From: Chloropicon primus
Lineage: Eukaryota
Assembly (NCBI GenBank): GCA_023205875.1
Contig: CP060754.1
Coordinates: 620,001 to 684,000, forward strand
Length of the DNA: 64,000 nt
Reading direction: 5' to 3'
The notes beneath the pieces were generated by a model. That model was not told the origin of the DNA. It made no database searches and saw only the letters and a list, made by a program, of their open reading frames with translations. The number at the start of each line of letters is the position of its first letter. Position 1 is the first letter of the stretch. Positions 49,845-60,964 of the stretch are shown here, one piece after another. Position numbers and translations under genes: made by a program.

Positions 49845-52151
49845 CTACTCCGGGGCGGCGGAGGCGGGGATCTCGCCCTTCTCGACGAACCGCCTCAGCT
49901 TGGTGCTTATCTTCACACGCCTCAGCTTGTCGGACAGGGGCTTCCCCTGGAGCTTCTCCTGCTCCTCCAGGGTGGAGGCCAGGTCCAGGAACATCTTCGA
50001 GTTCTCCCTCAGAGCGTCCTTGGCCACGAGGAGGGCCCCGTCCAGCAGCTCCTTCACCTCCCTGTCCACCTGCTCGGACAGGGCGCCGCCCTGCTCCCTC
50101 CAGGCGTACCCCCCGTCGTCCTGGCCCCCCGTCGCCAGGGTGGCCACGGAGAGGGGCCCAATGCTCCTCGAGAGGCCCCACTCCGCGACGATCTTGTAGG
50201 CGATGTCCGTGGCCCTCCTGATGTCGTCCATGGCCCCGGTCGTCACGACCCCGTGCTCCACGTCCTCCGCCGCCCTGCCCCCCATGAGCATGGCCAGCCG
50301 ACCCCGGAGCTCCGTCTCGAACATCAGAGCCCGGTCGTCCGTGGGGGGGATGTAGGTGAACCCCAGGGCCCCGCTGGACCTCGGGATGATGCTGAGCTTC
50401 TCCACCTTGGAGGCCAAGTTCGGCATGAGGTGGTTGAGCGCCGTCCCGACGACCGCGTGCCCCGCCTCGTGTACCGCCACGATGTACTTCTCCCTGCCCT
50501 TCAGGAAGGACCTCTTCTTCTCGATCCCAGCGATGTTACGCTCGATAGCCTCCGCGAAGTCGCTGTGCTCGACCCTGTCCTTGCACTTCCTCCCCGCGAG
50601 CAGGGCGGCCTCGTTCACGATGTTCGCGAGGTCCGCGCCGGTGAAGCCGATGGTCTCCGAGGCGATGCTGCCGAGGTCGATGTCCTCGGACATCTCCAGC
50701 TTCTGCCTGTTCACGTGCACCTTGAGGATCTGCTCCCGACCGATCCTGTCAGGCCTCTCCACCGTGATCCTCCTGTCGAACCTCCCCGGGCGAAGGAGGG
50801 CCGCGTCGAGGACGTCGGGCCTGTTGGTCGCCGCCATGCAGATGACCACCGCAGAGTCCTTGCTCGTGTCAAAGCCGTCCAGCTCCGTCAGCAGCTGGTT
50901 CAGGGTCTGCTCCCTCTCGTCGTTGCCCATGGACCGGAGCCTCGAGTCCCTGCCCTTGGCCACCGCGTCGATCTCATCGATGAAGACGATCGCGGGGCTC
51001 TCCTTCCTGGCCTTGGTGAAGAGCTCCCTCACCCTGCTGGCCCCCATGCCGACGTACAGCTCCACAAACTCGCTCGCAGCGATGCTGAAGAAAGGCACGT
51101 TCGCCTCCCCGGCCACCGCCTTGGCGAGAAGAGTTTTGCCGGTCCCCGGGGAGCCGACCAAGAGCAGGCCGGCCGGGGGGCGGGCGCCGAGCTTGGTGAA
51201 CTTCCCCGGGTCCCTGAGGTACTCGACGACCTCCTGGAGCTCCTCCTTGGCCTCGTCCACCCCGGCGACGTCCTTGAACTTTATGTTCTGCCGAATGATC
51301 ATCTTCCTCGGCTTCCTCATGCCCCCCCCCTGCCCCATCCTCCCCGTGAACCGAGAGATGACCGCCAACACGATCCCTATCGCCAGGGCGTGGGACATGA
51401 CCGTCAGAACCTTGTTGAACCTCTTGTCCGGCGCGCCGAACCGCACGTCGTTCTTCAGGAGGGTCTCGTAGGGCGTCTGCATATTGGCCGGCCGCACCGT
51501 CTGATAATTTATCCGCTTGATCTTCTCGAGGCTAAGGACCTTTTGCTTTCCCCCATAGTTGGCAGCCATCCTCCTCAGCTCCGCTCCCTCGTCCTTGATC
51601 CTGTACGTGTGGAAGTTGCCGTCCACCTCCAGGCTCTTCACCTGGTCCCTCTCGACCCTCCGCATGAAGTCGCTGTACGGCACGTTGACCACGATCGTTT
51701 CCATATCCACCACCCCAGAGATGGGCACGACCTTGAACAGGAAGGACAGGATGGACACGTTTATCAACAGCCGGACAATCCTAGCCGGGCTCAGGAAAAT
51801 GTACGCCAAGTACCAGCGTATGCGGTCCCACAGGCCGTTCCCGTTCCCGTTGGGCTTCTGAGGGTCCACTTCGCTAGACTTGCCGTCCTCCTCGCCGCCC
51901 TCCGTTGGCGTGGGCGTGGAAGTCGAGGGGGAGGGCTCCGTCGACGCGCGCCGTGGCTTACAACGCAGGGCCCGTGGTCTCCTCGCGCTTCTTCCAGACT
52001 CCGTCCCCAACCTCCTCGCGCCAGGGCCTCGCGCCGCGGGCAGGGCGGGCCTCGCGGGAAAGGTGCGACGCCCGTGCGCGGTCGCCCGAACCCAAACCCC
52101 CGCCGAGCTCGCCGCAGTCATCCTCGTCCTCGTCCCCCTCCGCGGCGACAT
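49845..52151 (-). CDS. ftsH: FtsH ATP-dependent zinc metalloprotease (FtsH7/9-like), plastid
   Basis: GSPGTGKT, FIDEID, ATNRPDVLD, HEAGH, transit peptide and two TMs. Confidence 0.93.
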   Translation of the reverse strand: MSPRRGTRTRMTAASSAGVWVRATAHGRRTFPARPALPAARGPGARRLGTESGRSARRPRALRCKPRRASTEPSPSTSTPTPTEGGEEDGKSSEVDPQKPNGNGNGLWDRIRWYLAYIFLSPARIVRLLINVSILSFLFKVVPISGVVDMETIVVNVPYSDFMRRVERDQVKSLEVDGNFHTYRIKDEGAELRRMAANYGGKQKVLSLEKIKRINYQTVRPANMQTPYETLLKNDVRFGAPDKRFNKVLTVMSHALAIGIVLAVISRFTGRMGQGGGMRKPRKMIIRQNIKFKDVAGVDEAKEELQEVVEYLRDPGKFTKLGARPPAGLLLVGSPGTGKTLLAKAVAGEANVPFFSIAASEFVELYVGMGASRVRELFTKARKESPAIVFIDEIDAVAKGRDSRLRSMGNDEREQTLNQLLTELDGFDTSKDSAVVICMAATNRPDVLDAALLRPGRFDRRITVERPDRIGREQILKVHVNRQKLEMSEDIDLGSIASETIGFTGADLANIVNEAALLAGRKCKDRVEHSDFAEAIERNIAGIEKKRSFLKGREKYIVAVHEAGHAVVGTALNHLMPNLASKVEKLSIIPRSSGALGFTYIPPTDDRALMFETELRGRLAMLMGGRAAEDVEHGVVTTGAMDDIRRATDIAYKIVAEWGLSRSIGPLSVATLATGGQDDGGYAWREQGGALSEQVDREVKELLDGALLVAKDALRENSKMFLDLASTLEEQEKLQGKPLSDKLRRVKISTKLRRFVEKGEIPASAAPE

Positions 52152-52358
52152 CTCCCTCGTCTCCGTCTGTGCGTGGTGTTCTCTCTCTTGGCCAGGATCT
52201 CACAAGGGAGACAGACACAAGATCGAAACGAACAGAAGGGGGGTGGGGTGCTTGGGTGCTTGGGTGCTTGGTGGTGAGCGGTGATGGATTACAAAATGAG
52301 CACAAGAATGATGAGGGGTCGCTTGCCCTTGGTGGGGAAGGGCTGGTGGAAGGACTCC

Positions 52359-55355
52359 TCAGCGGATGCGCTTGAAAGAGCTTCCGGAGTTGGACCACCA
52401 GATGAAGTAGGAGCCGAAGACCATGCCCATCAGTGGAAACAGGATTCCCCCCGCGAAGTAGGCGGTCAGCGTGAGGAGCCTGTTCAATCGCTGCAGCTCG
52501 GACTTGATCTCTGTGATCTCATACTCGTGCCTCGAAGCCAAGGCAGCGGTGAAGCTCTCGGGGGACTGCTCCGCGACCCTTTGGATGAGCTCGTTGAACT
52601 CCGTCGCAGAGTTGCTTCTGGTGCCGTGCCCAAAGCTGGACATGCTGCTGCTGTTCTCCTCCCTGATCAGCTCCATGAAGGTCTTCGTCGTCGTCTTCGT
52701 TTGGCTGATTCCGAGCTCCTCCGCGGCGTGCTGGACCACCTGCTTGCTTCCGCCCCGGATGATCGTGTACGTTTTCCCTCTCAGCAGCGGGATGTCCTCC
52801 AGCGTCAAATGCAAGGTTTCGCTCTTGTAGTGGACCACGGAAGCCTCGACGAGGGCGACCATCTTGTACCCGAGGCAGATGAGCCCGGCCAGGGTCTTGA
52901 CCCCCACCTCAAAGTCCAAAGTCGGCTGAATGATGAAGCCGCCCTCCCTGAGGGAGTCTCGAAACAGCACGGTGTACCGCCCGCCGCATTGCCTGATCCG
53001 AATCCCGTCCTCTATCTCGTACTTGCCCTTGCCCTCGTCGTTCCGGCCGCCGAAGACGAGGTAGATGTCCGTGTGGTTGTCCTTCCTCGTGGCCTCGAAC
53101 TTCAGCTTCAGCTTCTCCTCGAGGCGCTTCATCTCGGACTCCGGCGGGGCGCTCTCTGACTTCAGGACGTACTTTGGTGTCTGCAGGGAAGTCAAGGGAT
53201 CGAAATGGTTCCTTATCCGAAGGTGGGAGTGCCTCAGGCCCGGCTCGATGTGCTCCCTGAACAGAGGGAAGATTGTGTCGAGAATCTCGTTCTGGGAATA
53301 GGACCTGCCTGCCCTGTCCGCCTCCCTGTGGACTCGCTTCACCAAGTTGAAATGTACGCCGCCAACAACACCAATCCTGAAGTCGAGGAAGGGCCTCACG
53401 TTCTTATGCAACGCGTAGACGCCCTCGACGATCACCACGCCAGACGTGGGGCAGAAACTCCTGTATCCCACCCTCTTCTTCTGAGTCAGGTCGAACTGGG
53501 GCATGGACACCGTTTCCCCCTGTCTCAGGGATTCGAGGTGGGAGCACAGGAGTTTCGTGTCGTGGGACTCGAACTCGTCAAAATTGTCCACGTAGATTTT
53601 GGAGGGGATGCAGTAGTCTTCCATATTCAAAGTCTCGCAGTTGAGGAGCTCCGCCATCTTCTGCGCGAGCCGGCTCTTTCCCGAGCCGCTGGGGCCTCCG
53701 ATCCCCACTATCACAAGCCTCCTGCTGTTGGTGTGCGCCCTGTGCTCTCTCAGCTTTTGCACACCCCTCACCGCCAGCAGCAGGCCTTGGTCGAACGGGA
53801 GCTCCTTGGTTATGGGGACGAGCTCCACGTGCGCCCCCGAGTTGTACAGCGGAGGGGAGATCGACCTGTCGATCTTCTCCAAGTCGGCGTTCACTTGAGT
53901 TGTCTTGGCCGTCACGGCGCAGGCTGCAGCTTGCATCAGCCTCATCGGCAGCGAGGCCTGGGACTTGGGAGGCGACTGCTGGGTCTTCTTCTCGGGGCTG
54001 TCCCTGTTCGCCAGGCAGAGCTCCAAGTTCGATTGCGTGACAAAACTCTTGCGGATTCCCATGGTCTGCGCAGTCGCGATGACGGCTTGGCGGTTTGTGC
54101 CTTTGATGGAGATGTAAGTCTCCTGGAGCTCCTCGACGCGATCGATGCACACGGCCACCCCCTCGTTGTTCTTGAAGATGTCGGACGACCGCTTTACGAT
54201 TATGCCCACGTCGTACCCGAGAGAAAGCAAGCTCTCGAGGGTTTTCCCGCCCGTGGCGAAGATGATTCGGGGGGAGATGATGAAGTCTCCCTCCACGAGC
54301 CGCTCGCAGAACGTGATGGAATAGAACCCCCCGCACTGCCTGATGCGCAGCCAGTCCTTGAGCCTGTTGTTTCCCGGCACCCTGATGTGCGTGTCGACCG
54401 AAGTCTCCGTGGTGTGCTTGAAGTCGTGCGAGCTCAGCAGCACCTGCACAGCGCCAACGTCCGGCTCCCCCCTGGCTTTGAGGATGTACTGGGGCTCCCT
54501 CAGCGAGGCCAGGTAATCAAAGTCGTTTTTGATCCTGATGTGAGCGTCCTTGAGGTGGGGCTCGACGTGCTCCTTGTACGAGGAGAAGATCGACTGCAGG
54601 ACGCTGTTCTCGTCGAAGGTCGTCCCCGGGTCCCGGCTCGGGGCGTTCTTCAGGTCCCTGTGAACTCGCTTCACGACGTTGTGATGAACGCCCCCGACGA
54701 CCGAGAGCCTCATGTCGAGGTACTGGGAGAACTCCTCGTGGAGCGCGAAGGTCCCCTCCACGATCACGACCGAGCAGTCCGAAGACTTCAGAGTCCGGAA
54801 CCCTATCCTCTCCCTTATCTGAAAGTCGAACAGGGGGGTCTCCGTGTCGCGGTCCTGGAGAATGTCCTCAAGGTTAGCCTTGAGCAGGGCCCCGTCGAGG
54901 GACTCGAAGGTCTCGAGGTTCTCGTCGTCCTCCGCCTTGGAGGCGTCCAGGTAGTTCTCCAGCGAGACGACCGCGCAGCCCACCACGCACGCGATCTTGT
55001 GCGCCAGGCTGCTCTTCCCCGACCCGCCCGGACCCCCGATGCCAACGATAACCTTCCTCTCCTTCCTCGCCCTCTTCAGCTTGGCCTGCCTCAGCTCCTG
55101 TATCGCCTTCACCGCCAGGACGAAGCCCTGCTCGAAGGAAAGCGACTTGGATATCGGCGCGAGCCCATCCCTGGTCGCCAACCCCCGCGGGAAGAGCTCC
55201 CGCAGCAGGGAGTCGTCCGCCACGCCAAAGTCGTCTTGAGAGTCCCGATACGCGAACGGCTCCACCACCTGGAAGTCGAGCTCCTGGTCCGACGACTCCT
55301 CCGTCTCCGGACCGAACTGCCACGACGCATTCATCATCGACGACGACGAGTCCAT
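52359..55355 (-). CDS. Tandem (uridine kinase-CYTH)x2 protein with C-terminal TM (TTM-related)
   Basis: Two P-loops GIGGP[G/S]GSGKS, two VGGVH motifs, two IRQCGG...FII.P CYTH segments, hydrophobic tail. Confidence 0.82.
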   Translation of the reverse strand: MDSSSSMMNASWQFGPETEESSDQELDFQVVEPFAYRDSQDDFGVADDSLLRELFPRGLATRDGLAPISKSLSFEQGFVLAVKAIQELRQAKLKRARKERKVIVGIGGPGGSGKSSLAHKIACVVGCAVVSLENYLDASKAEDDENLETFESLDGALLKANLEDILQDRDTETPLFDFQIRERIGFRTLKSSDCSVVIVEGTFALHEEFSQYLDMRLSVVGGVHHNVVKRVHRDLKNAPSRDPGTTFDENSVLQSIFSSYKEHVEPHLKDAHIRIKNDFDYLASLREPQYILKARGEPDVGAVQVLLSSHDFKHTTETSVDTHIRVPGNNRLKDWLRIRQCGGFYSITFCERLVEGDFIISPRIIFATGGKTLESLLSLGYDVGIIVKRSSDIFKNNEGVAVCIDRVEELQETYISIKGTNRQAVIATAQTMGIRKSFVTQSNLELCLANRDSPEKKTQQSPPKSQASLPMRLMQAAACAVTAKTTQVNADLEKIDRSISPPLYNSGAHVELVPITKELPFDQGLLLAVRGVQKLREHRAHTNSRRLVIVGIGGPSGSGKSRLAQKMAELLNCETLNMEDYCIPSKIYVDNFDEFESHDTKLLCSHLESLRQGETVSMPQFDLTQKKRVGYRSFCPTSGVVIVEGVYALHKNVRPFLDFRIGVVGGVHFNLVKRVHREADRAGRSYSQNEILDTIFPLFREHIEPGLRHSHLRIRNHFDPLTSLQTPKYVLKSESAPPESEMKRLEEKLKLKFEATRKDNHTDIYLVFGGRNDEGKGKYEIEDGIRIRQCGGRYTVLFRDSLREGGFIIQPTLDFEVGVKTLAGLICLGYKMVALVEASVVHYKSETLHLTLEDIPLLRGKTYTIIRGGSKQVVQHAAEELGISQTKTTTKTFMELIREENSSSMSSFGHGTRSNSATEFNELIQRVAEQSPESFTAALASRHEYEITEIKSELQRLNRLLTLTAYFAGGILFPLMGMVFGSYFIWWSNSGSSFKRIR

Positions 55356-55821
55356 TGCGGGGCCTCTCCCTCGGCACTACCGAGTCCCGAGTCCTCCCCG
55401 CGCTCCCTCCTCCCCCTCGTCGCTTGGTGCCTCGACCCCTCTGCGCCCGCTCGCGGACAAACTGACCCCGGAGAAGCCTGCGGCGAGTAAACCTCGATAA
55501 GACCCACTCGACCTCGACCTCGGCCTCGGCCTCGAACCTCCTTCTGGTGCGCTCGAGGCAAACAAACAATCGTTCAATCGTTCGCGCTTCGAAACGGTGC
55601 TTGGGAAAGGTGCCCACGTGGCCCCCGGGCTTCGAAATTTCCTTGGAAAAATATTTTAGGCTGATTAATTGGTTTTTTGTGTGGTCAAAGGTTTGAGGAC
55701 GAGTTGTTCTCGTTGTTGTTGTTGTTGTTGTTGTTGTTGTGTCTTTGCTCTTGTGAGAGAGCGAGGCGAGGAGGTTTTGTTGGCGTGGGGGGCGACTCCC
55801 TGCTCTGGTTAGACGACCAGC

Positions 55822-56690
55822 ATGACGCACCCGTTCGCGGACTACAACAAGTACCAGAACCAGGGCGTCCTGGTGGGGAATTGGGTCGAGGAGACGGCAC
55901 TGAAGACTTCGACGGGGACACACAGGTACCAGGTGGGTCATCTTTTCCTTCGTCTTGGGAAGGGTCTTTGCGGTGGCCTTGAGACGGGGCGGGAGGACTG
56001 ACTCTTTCGGTTTTGTCTGGTTCTTTTTCTTCTTTGCGTCTCGTGCTGTGCAGGCATGGGTGGAAGCGGAGCAGAAGAGCGTGTACCCCAAGCACATTAA
56101 GGTCTCCGGCATGGAGACTTTTGGTCGGGTGTTCGAGCACAGCGACAACTTGGTAAGTCCCTGGCCGGGAGCGACGCCGCGCGCCGTGGAGCGAAGCCCT
56201 CGAAGCTGACGAGACCGGGTTCCTTTCTCTTCGCTCGTTTGCCTTTGTCTTCTCCTCTCGTGTTCTCCAATTTTTGTTTTCGTGGAAAAAAACATAGCAA
56301 TCGAAGGACTGGATTACGCACAACCACAGCACGCACAACCATAGCCAAGGAAACTACAGGGAGACCGCGATCCACGGGAAGCGCAGCACGATGATGATGC
56401 AGAAGGCGCTGGAGGAGGCGGTCCAGGAGCCGGAGCAGGAGCCGAAGAAGATGAGCTTCGAGACCAGCCAGAGGGAAGCCTACACGGAGAACGACCTCAC
56501 GGGACTGACCGTAGGAGCTCGGGTCATGAAGACGCAGGACGGCAAGCCGGTGAAGAGGGACCACGTTTTCCTCGCAGAGAGCAAAATAGTAGATAGGTAC
56601 CGCGCGGACTTGGTGCGGGGCAGGGAGTTCAACACCGGCCAACCACCGGAGGCGGCCGTGACAATCTATTCTACGACTAACATCAAGTAA
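55822..56690 (+). CDS. Small axonemal microtubule-inner-protein-like protein (exons 55822-55932, 56054-56152, 56298-56690)
   Basis: N-terminal GVLVGNWVEE motif typical of CFAP107/CFAP68-type proteins. Two phase-0 GT-AG introns. Confidence 0.55.
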
Positions 56691-57019
56691 AAGAGAGAGA
56701 GAAGAAGGAGAAGGCGGTGGCTCGATCAGGGGCTCGCCTCTCGTTTCTTTCATAGATTATTCATTTTCACTATGCCACTTGTTTTGGGCCTCCCTCTCTC
56801 AAAGATTTCCGGCTAAAAAATCGTACAATCAAAGAAAACGGCAGAGCCTCCTGAAAACGGCTAAACATCATGTCGATCTGGTGGGAGGAAATGAGAAGGA
56901 GCGTATGGGTTCCACGGAAGCGAAACGCTTCGCCAGTCCCGGAGCACCTTTGAACAGAGCCACAGGCACCGCGGCCACGAGCGCTGCGGCAGCTCCGGCG
57001 GAAAACAAGTATTGCGGCC

Positions 57020-57844
57020 ATGGCGCCGGGCGAGATCACTTCTGTGGTGAAGATAGACTTCGTCCCTCCGCGCTTTCCGTACTCTTCCGTAGAAGCGGAC
57101 CTGTCGCGCTACAAGGAGGTGTCCAGGATTACTTTGGTCCGCACTCGAATCGTCCGCCATCACCACCACGTTGTAAGGCTTGGTCACGAGTGGCTGAAGA
57201 AGGAGCCCAAAAGTGAAAGCTCGGACACTACTCTGTCTCGGGAGTCCAAGCCCGGCGACAGCGAGGACGTGAGCGTTGAAAGTGAGACACAGGTTACCCC
57301 GTGCAACGACGTGCAACGCGCCGATTCGCTGGCTAGCGACGGCTGGGTCGTTCCCCTGGAATCACACTCGCAAACCAAAACCTGCACATGCAACCAGAAA
57401 AAGCTTGTCGTAAAAAGGGGCAAGTTCACAAAGGCCCTCCCTTGTGCCCGATGCTTGATGAGAATTTTCACCGTTTTCGACAGCAAGAAGGCGGCAAAGG
57501 AATGCGGGCTGTCCCTGTCAACCTTTAAGAAGCTGTTAAGGGAAAAGCACATTCCGGTATATCCCTCGAGGATCCTCAAGTCGATCACCAATTGCATCCA
57601 CCAGCTGGAAAAGCAAGACAAGCCAAGAACGCTTTCGGTCTCCAATGATCTCAGCGTGTGCAGGCTGGAGCTCCAGCGCCAAAAAGAGCGACTCGAAGCC
57701 GCCTGCAGGAGTACCAAGGACAATCCAATCATGGTGGAGGGGGTTTGCAAATTGAGCGGAACGTTCTGCAAGATCAGACACAAACTTTACAAGAGAACTC
57801 ACAGGATGAATTTGAGCAGAAGAAGTGGCTTTGGGTCCAAGTAA
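57020..57844 (+). CDS. Divergent RWP-RK domain transcription factor
   Basis: KKAAKECGLSLSTFKKLLREKHIPVYPSRILKSI follows the RWP-RK pattern, followed by a coiled coil. Start uncertain. Confidence 0.65.
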   Translation: MAPGEITSVVKIDFVPPRFPYSSVEADLSRYKEVSRITLVRTRIVRHHHHVVRLGHEWLKKEPKSESSDTTLSRESKPGDSEDVSVESETQVTPCNDVQRADSLASDGWVVPLESHSQTKTCTCNQKKLVVKRGKFTKALPCARCLMRIFTVFDSKKAAKECGLSLSTFKKLLREKHIPVYPSRILKSITNCIHQLEKQDKPRTLSVSNDLSVCRLELQRQKERLEAACRSTKDNPIMVEGVCKLSGTFCKIRHKLYKRTHRMNLSRRSGFGSK

Positions 57845-57889
57845 ATGGTGGCGCGTTAAAGTACAGCAGTTTAAAGTTACAAAACAAAA

Positions 57890-60313
57890 TCACAATAAGT
57901 CACAAACAGTTTTTCCCACGCTTTTTTCGAGCCACTCCGCTTTCCGATCCAAACCGACATCGCACTTCTCGCTTTCGTCGTTGCAAAATGCAAAATCACT
58001 GCGACCAAGCGCGGCGAGGTGCTCGTTCACTAGCTCTAGAAAGATCCCATCCGCGGAGGAGTTTGACAAAAAAAGTGTTTTCGCAATGTCCACGCTCGTT
58101 GCTTTGCTTGAATTGCAAAACATCTCCCAAAGCCGAAGTTCCCGTAAAACTGGTAAGACGACTCCAAAACAGAGCTCCGCATTCGAGCTGTTGCACTCTC
58201 GAAGAGATTCCAGCTCGCCTGAGAACCGCAGCAAGACCGAGCCATCCACCAAACCATCGTCGACCAAGTGTATCAAATCGTCGACCATCCGAGCCAGCGT
58301 CACGATCGTCTCAGGACCCCCATCCTTTGCCGCCGCGCGCAGCATCTCCCTGTAGTCGCTTAGATTGTGAACAACTCGAAAGTACCCTCGGCCCCCGTAA
58401 TTCAGAATAGTTCCCTCTAAATTGGAGGCAACATTCTCTGGCAAGGGAGTGAAGCTGGAAGAGACGAGGACCATGTCTGTGTTGACGATATTCTTCTCTT
58501 GATCCCAAGATCTCAACGGGAGCATAAAAGCTGTGGGAGGAACCCAGTCTCGGTCCAGGTACCTCGCAATAACCCCGCCTTCCGGCTTTGAGATCACAGG
58601 ATACGAGTCCTCGAAAACCCAGTAATCAGCCAACGCCAGGATCGCAGGGTCGTGCAACTGAAAGGCACACGCGAGCATGTCTCGATACGTAGTTGTCGAA
58701 TACGCTTTCTCGCGAAGACAAGACCTGATCCCTGACTGGAAGCTGCCAGGCGAGAGGGATTCGGCGATCGCTTCGATCATACTCACCACAGCAGCGCCTT
58801 TCGAATAGCTGATTTTGTCAAAGTGGTCCCCAACCAGCGGATGAGCCTTTTCGCCCACATCGTAGGCAAGAGCCTGGCTCCTTGCGCCCGGAAAGTGAAC
58901 GCCCAATTTCCCTGACAAGGGAGTCAGGGCCACCTCGAACAACAAAGAGGAACCAAAGGGTCCAATGCCCAAAGAGCTCAGGCATTTGTATTCCATGAAG
59001 GTCGCGAACCCCTCGTTGAAGGATATATCGTCCCACGAAGCGGCCGTGACCAGATTGCCCATCCATTGATGGGCAATCTCATGACACGTCACATCATAAC
59101 ACTCCAAACGTTCGTAGAAACCATCCGTGACGTTGACCAGGAATCTTCGCTCGTCGAACAGGAGCAGACCCCAATTCTCCATCGCTCCGCCCCGCCCGGG
59201 TACAGCAACCAAGTCGAATTTCTTGAAATCCCTCATCTTCTGGTCGGTCCAACTTGTATAAAACTCCAGGGCCTTCACAGAGGCGTCCAGAGCAACTTCC
59301 AAAGTTTCCAGGTCTTGCTCGGTGGTGCTCCATACTTTCACGAGAGTGCCGTCGTTCATCTCTGAATCCAACGAGTGAAACTCGCCGATCGCCAGAGCCA
59401 GGAGATATGGACTCATGACTGGCGTGGTTTCGAATGTCTTGCTTTGCCGACCGTCCGCCACTCGGGCTTCGGCCACGTCCATGTTCGACAGTGCAACTAA
59501 TTCACTCGGCACGTCTATGGTGATTCTGAAGGTAGCCTTGGATCCCGGCTCATCCACTGATGGGAAAACTTGCCTGGCCCCTTTTGTCTCCAACTGCGTA
59601 ACCGTCACTGCCTCCCGTGGCTTCGAGCTCAGCTGAGCCTTGTACAAGCCGGAACGTTCGCCGAACGAAGCCTGGTACGACGTTTCAAGCAGAATGACCT
59701 CGTCGCCCAAGCCATCGAAGACGCCACTGCCAGGAAGGAAGACCACGGCAGAGGAAGTGTATACCAGCGAAACACCACCCGAGCAGACACCTGCGGTGCA
59801 GGAAACGATCGTACCCCCGCTTTCCCTTCGGACCATCACGTCGTTGAGGGTCATGTTGACTGCATGCAATGCCAGGCACCTTGCAGACGCCTCCGAGGCG
59901 CGAGCCCTCAGCCTCATCTTGCCCCCAAATCCCCCAACAACTTCTGCCGAAGTCGGTTCGGCGATAGTGAGATTGATTTCGTAGTGCTCTGGCCGGACCA
60001 GCAAAGCAGGCAAGTCATCTGGATTCGATCCGCACAGAGAGGCCACGCGTTCGTCCACGGACGCTGACGCGCTCCTCACAGACAAGGATCCCAGGACACC
60101 GATTAGAACGAGCGCTCCAACCGCAACAGCAACAATCCCAAAGGTCCTTTTTCCTTTTCGAGAAGACGTCCTTCCCGTTTCCGGTTCCAGTTGGATCTCA
60201 AGATTCCCCACGTCGACATTGTTGTCGTCCGACTTGACCTCCTCCCCCCTCAGCAGCTTCTCTCCTTCCTCCTCCACACCTTCACCTCCCCTCCCACCAG
60301 TAGCCTCCTCCAT
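57890..60313 (-). CDS. M1 family membrane-anchored aminopeptidase
   Basis: N-terminal TM, ARQVFPSVDEP, GAMENWG, HEIAH..W..NEGFA, YSKG. Confidence 0.9.
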   Translation of the reverse strand: MEEATGGRGGEGVEEEGEKLLRGEEVKSDDNNVDVGNLEIQLEPETGRTSSRKGKRTFGIVAVAVGALVLIGVLGSLSVRSASASVDERVASLCGSNPDDLPALLVRPEHYEINLTIAEPTSAEVVGGFGGKMRLRARASEASARCLALHAVNMTLNDVMVRRESGGTIVSCTAGVCSGGVSLVYTSSAVVFLPGSGVFDGLGDEVILLETSYQASFGERSGLYKAQLSSKPREAVTVTQLETKGARQVFPSVDEPGSKATFRITIDVPSELVALSNMDVAEARVADGRQSKTFETTPVMSPYLLALAIGEFHSLDSEMNDGTLVKVWSTTEQDLETLEVALDASVKALEFYTSWTDQKMRDFKKFDLVAVPGRGGAMENWGLLLFDERRFLVNVTDGFYERLECYDVTCHEIAHQWMGNLVTAASWDDISFNEGFATFMEYKCLSSLGIGPFGSSLLFEVALTPLSGKLGVHFPGARSQALAYDVGEKAHPLVGDHFDKISYSKGAAVVSMIEAIAESLSPGSFQSGIRSCLREKAYSTTTYRDMLACAFQLHDPAILALADYWVFEDSYPVISKPEGGVIARYLDRDWVPPTAFMLPLRSWDQEKNIVNTDMVLVSSSFTPLPENVASNLEGTILNYGGRGYFRVVHNLSDYREMLRAAAKDGGPETIVTLARMVDDLIHLVDDGLVDGSVLLRFSGELESLRECNSSNAELCFGVVLPVLRELRLWEMFCNSSKATSVDIAKTLFLSNSSADGIFLELVNEHLAALGRSDFAFCNDESEKCDVGLDRKAEWLEKSVGKTVCDLL

Positions 60314-60425
60314 CCTTCTCCCTGGAGTTCCTGGAGAACCAGAAGGGGTTCCGCGCGTCGGCGAGGGGGTGGTGAAAGAGAGGAGGAGTTGTTGTTTTGT
60401 TTGGAAGACGAGGAGGGGGGGAAAG

Positions 60426-60896
60426 ATGTCGAGGGAGGTGGTGAAGAAGATCATGTTGAGGATACCTGCGGGGCAAGCGAAGCCGGCGCCGCCCGTGGGA
60501 ACGGCGCTGGGAGGCGCGGGGGTGAATATCATGGGGTTCTGCAAGGACTTTAACGCGCAGACACAGAATTACTTGGACGGCGTTCCCGTCCCCGTGGAGA
60601 TAACTGCGTACAAGGACAGGTCTTTCACTTACACCATGCGGACGCCGCCCGTGTCTTACTTCTTGCTCAAAGCGGCGGGCTTGGACAAGGGCGCGAACAG
60701 CCCGGGGCACGAAGTGGCGGGGTACTTGTCCCTCAAGCACATATACGAGATCGCAAAGGTAAAGCAGTCCGACCCGAGCCTGAAGAGGCACCTCCCCCTC
60801 AAGTCGTGGGTCTCTCAGATCATCGCCTCGTGCAGAAGCATGGGGATCGAAGTCGTGCCGAGGCCGGAGGACATTCCGAAGAAGAAGAAGAAGTAG
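60426..60896 (+). CDS. RPL11: Bacterial-type ribosomal protein uL11 (probably mitochondrial)
   Basis: AGQAKPAPPVGTALG, NIMGFCKDFNA, TPPVSYFL, SMGIEV. Confidence 0.93.
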   Translation: MSREVVKKIMLRIPAGQAKPAPPVGTALGGAGVNIMGFCKDFNAQTQNYLDGVPVPVEITAYKDRSFTYTMRTPPVSYFLLKAAGLDKGANSPGHEVAGYLSLKHIYEIAKVKQSDPSLKRHLPLKSWVSQIIASCRSMGIEVVPRPEDIPKKKKK

Positions 60897-60964
60897 ACTC
60901 CCAAGTAAGACGACCCTGTATACTTTTTGTTTGTGTTATATATGTCTTTATTTTTTTTAGAGTT

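Noticed and set aside
52359..55355. Double UK-CYTH architecture as a novelty
   Set aside because: As recalled, a comparable tandem architecture exists in land plants.
49683..55490. Very long antisense ORFs (864 aa, 761 aa) and similar shadow ORFs elsewhere
   Set aside because: Mirror frames of GC3-rich genes (FtsH, UK-CYTH) with no recognisable motifs.
55711..55740. (GTT)n tract
   Set aside because: Ordinary microsatellite in a 5' region.
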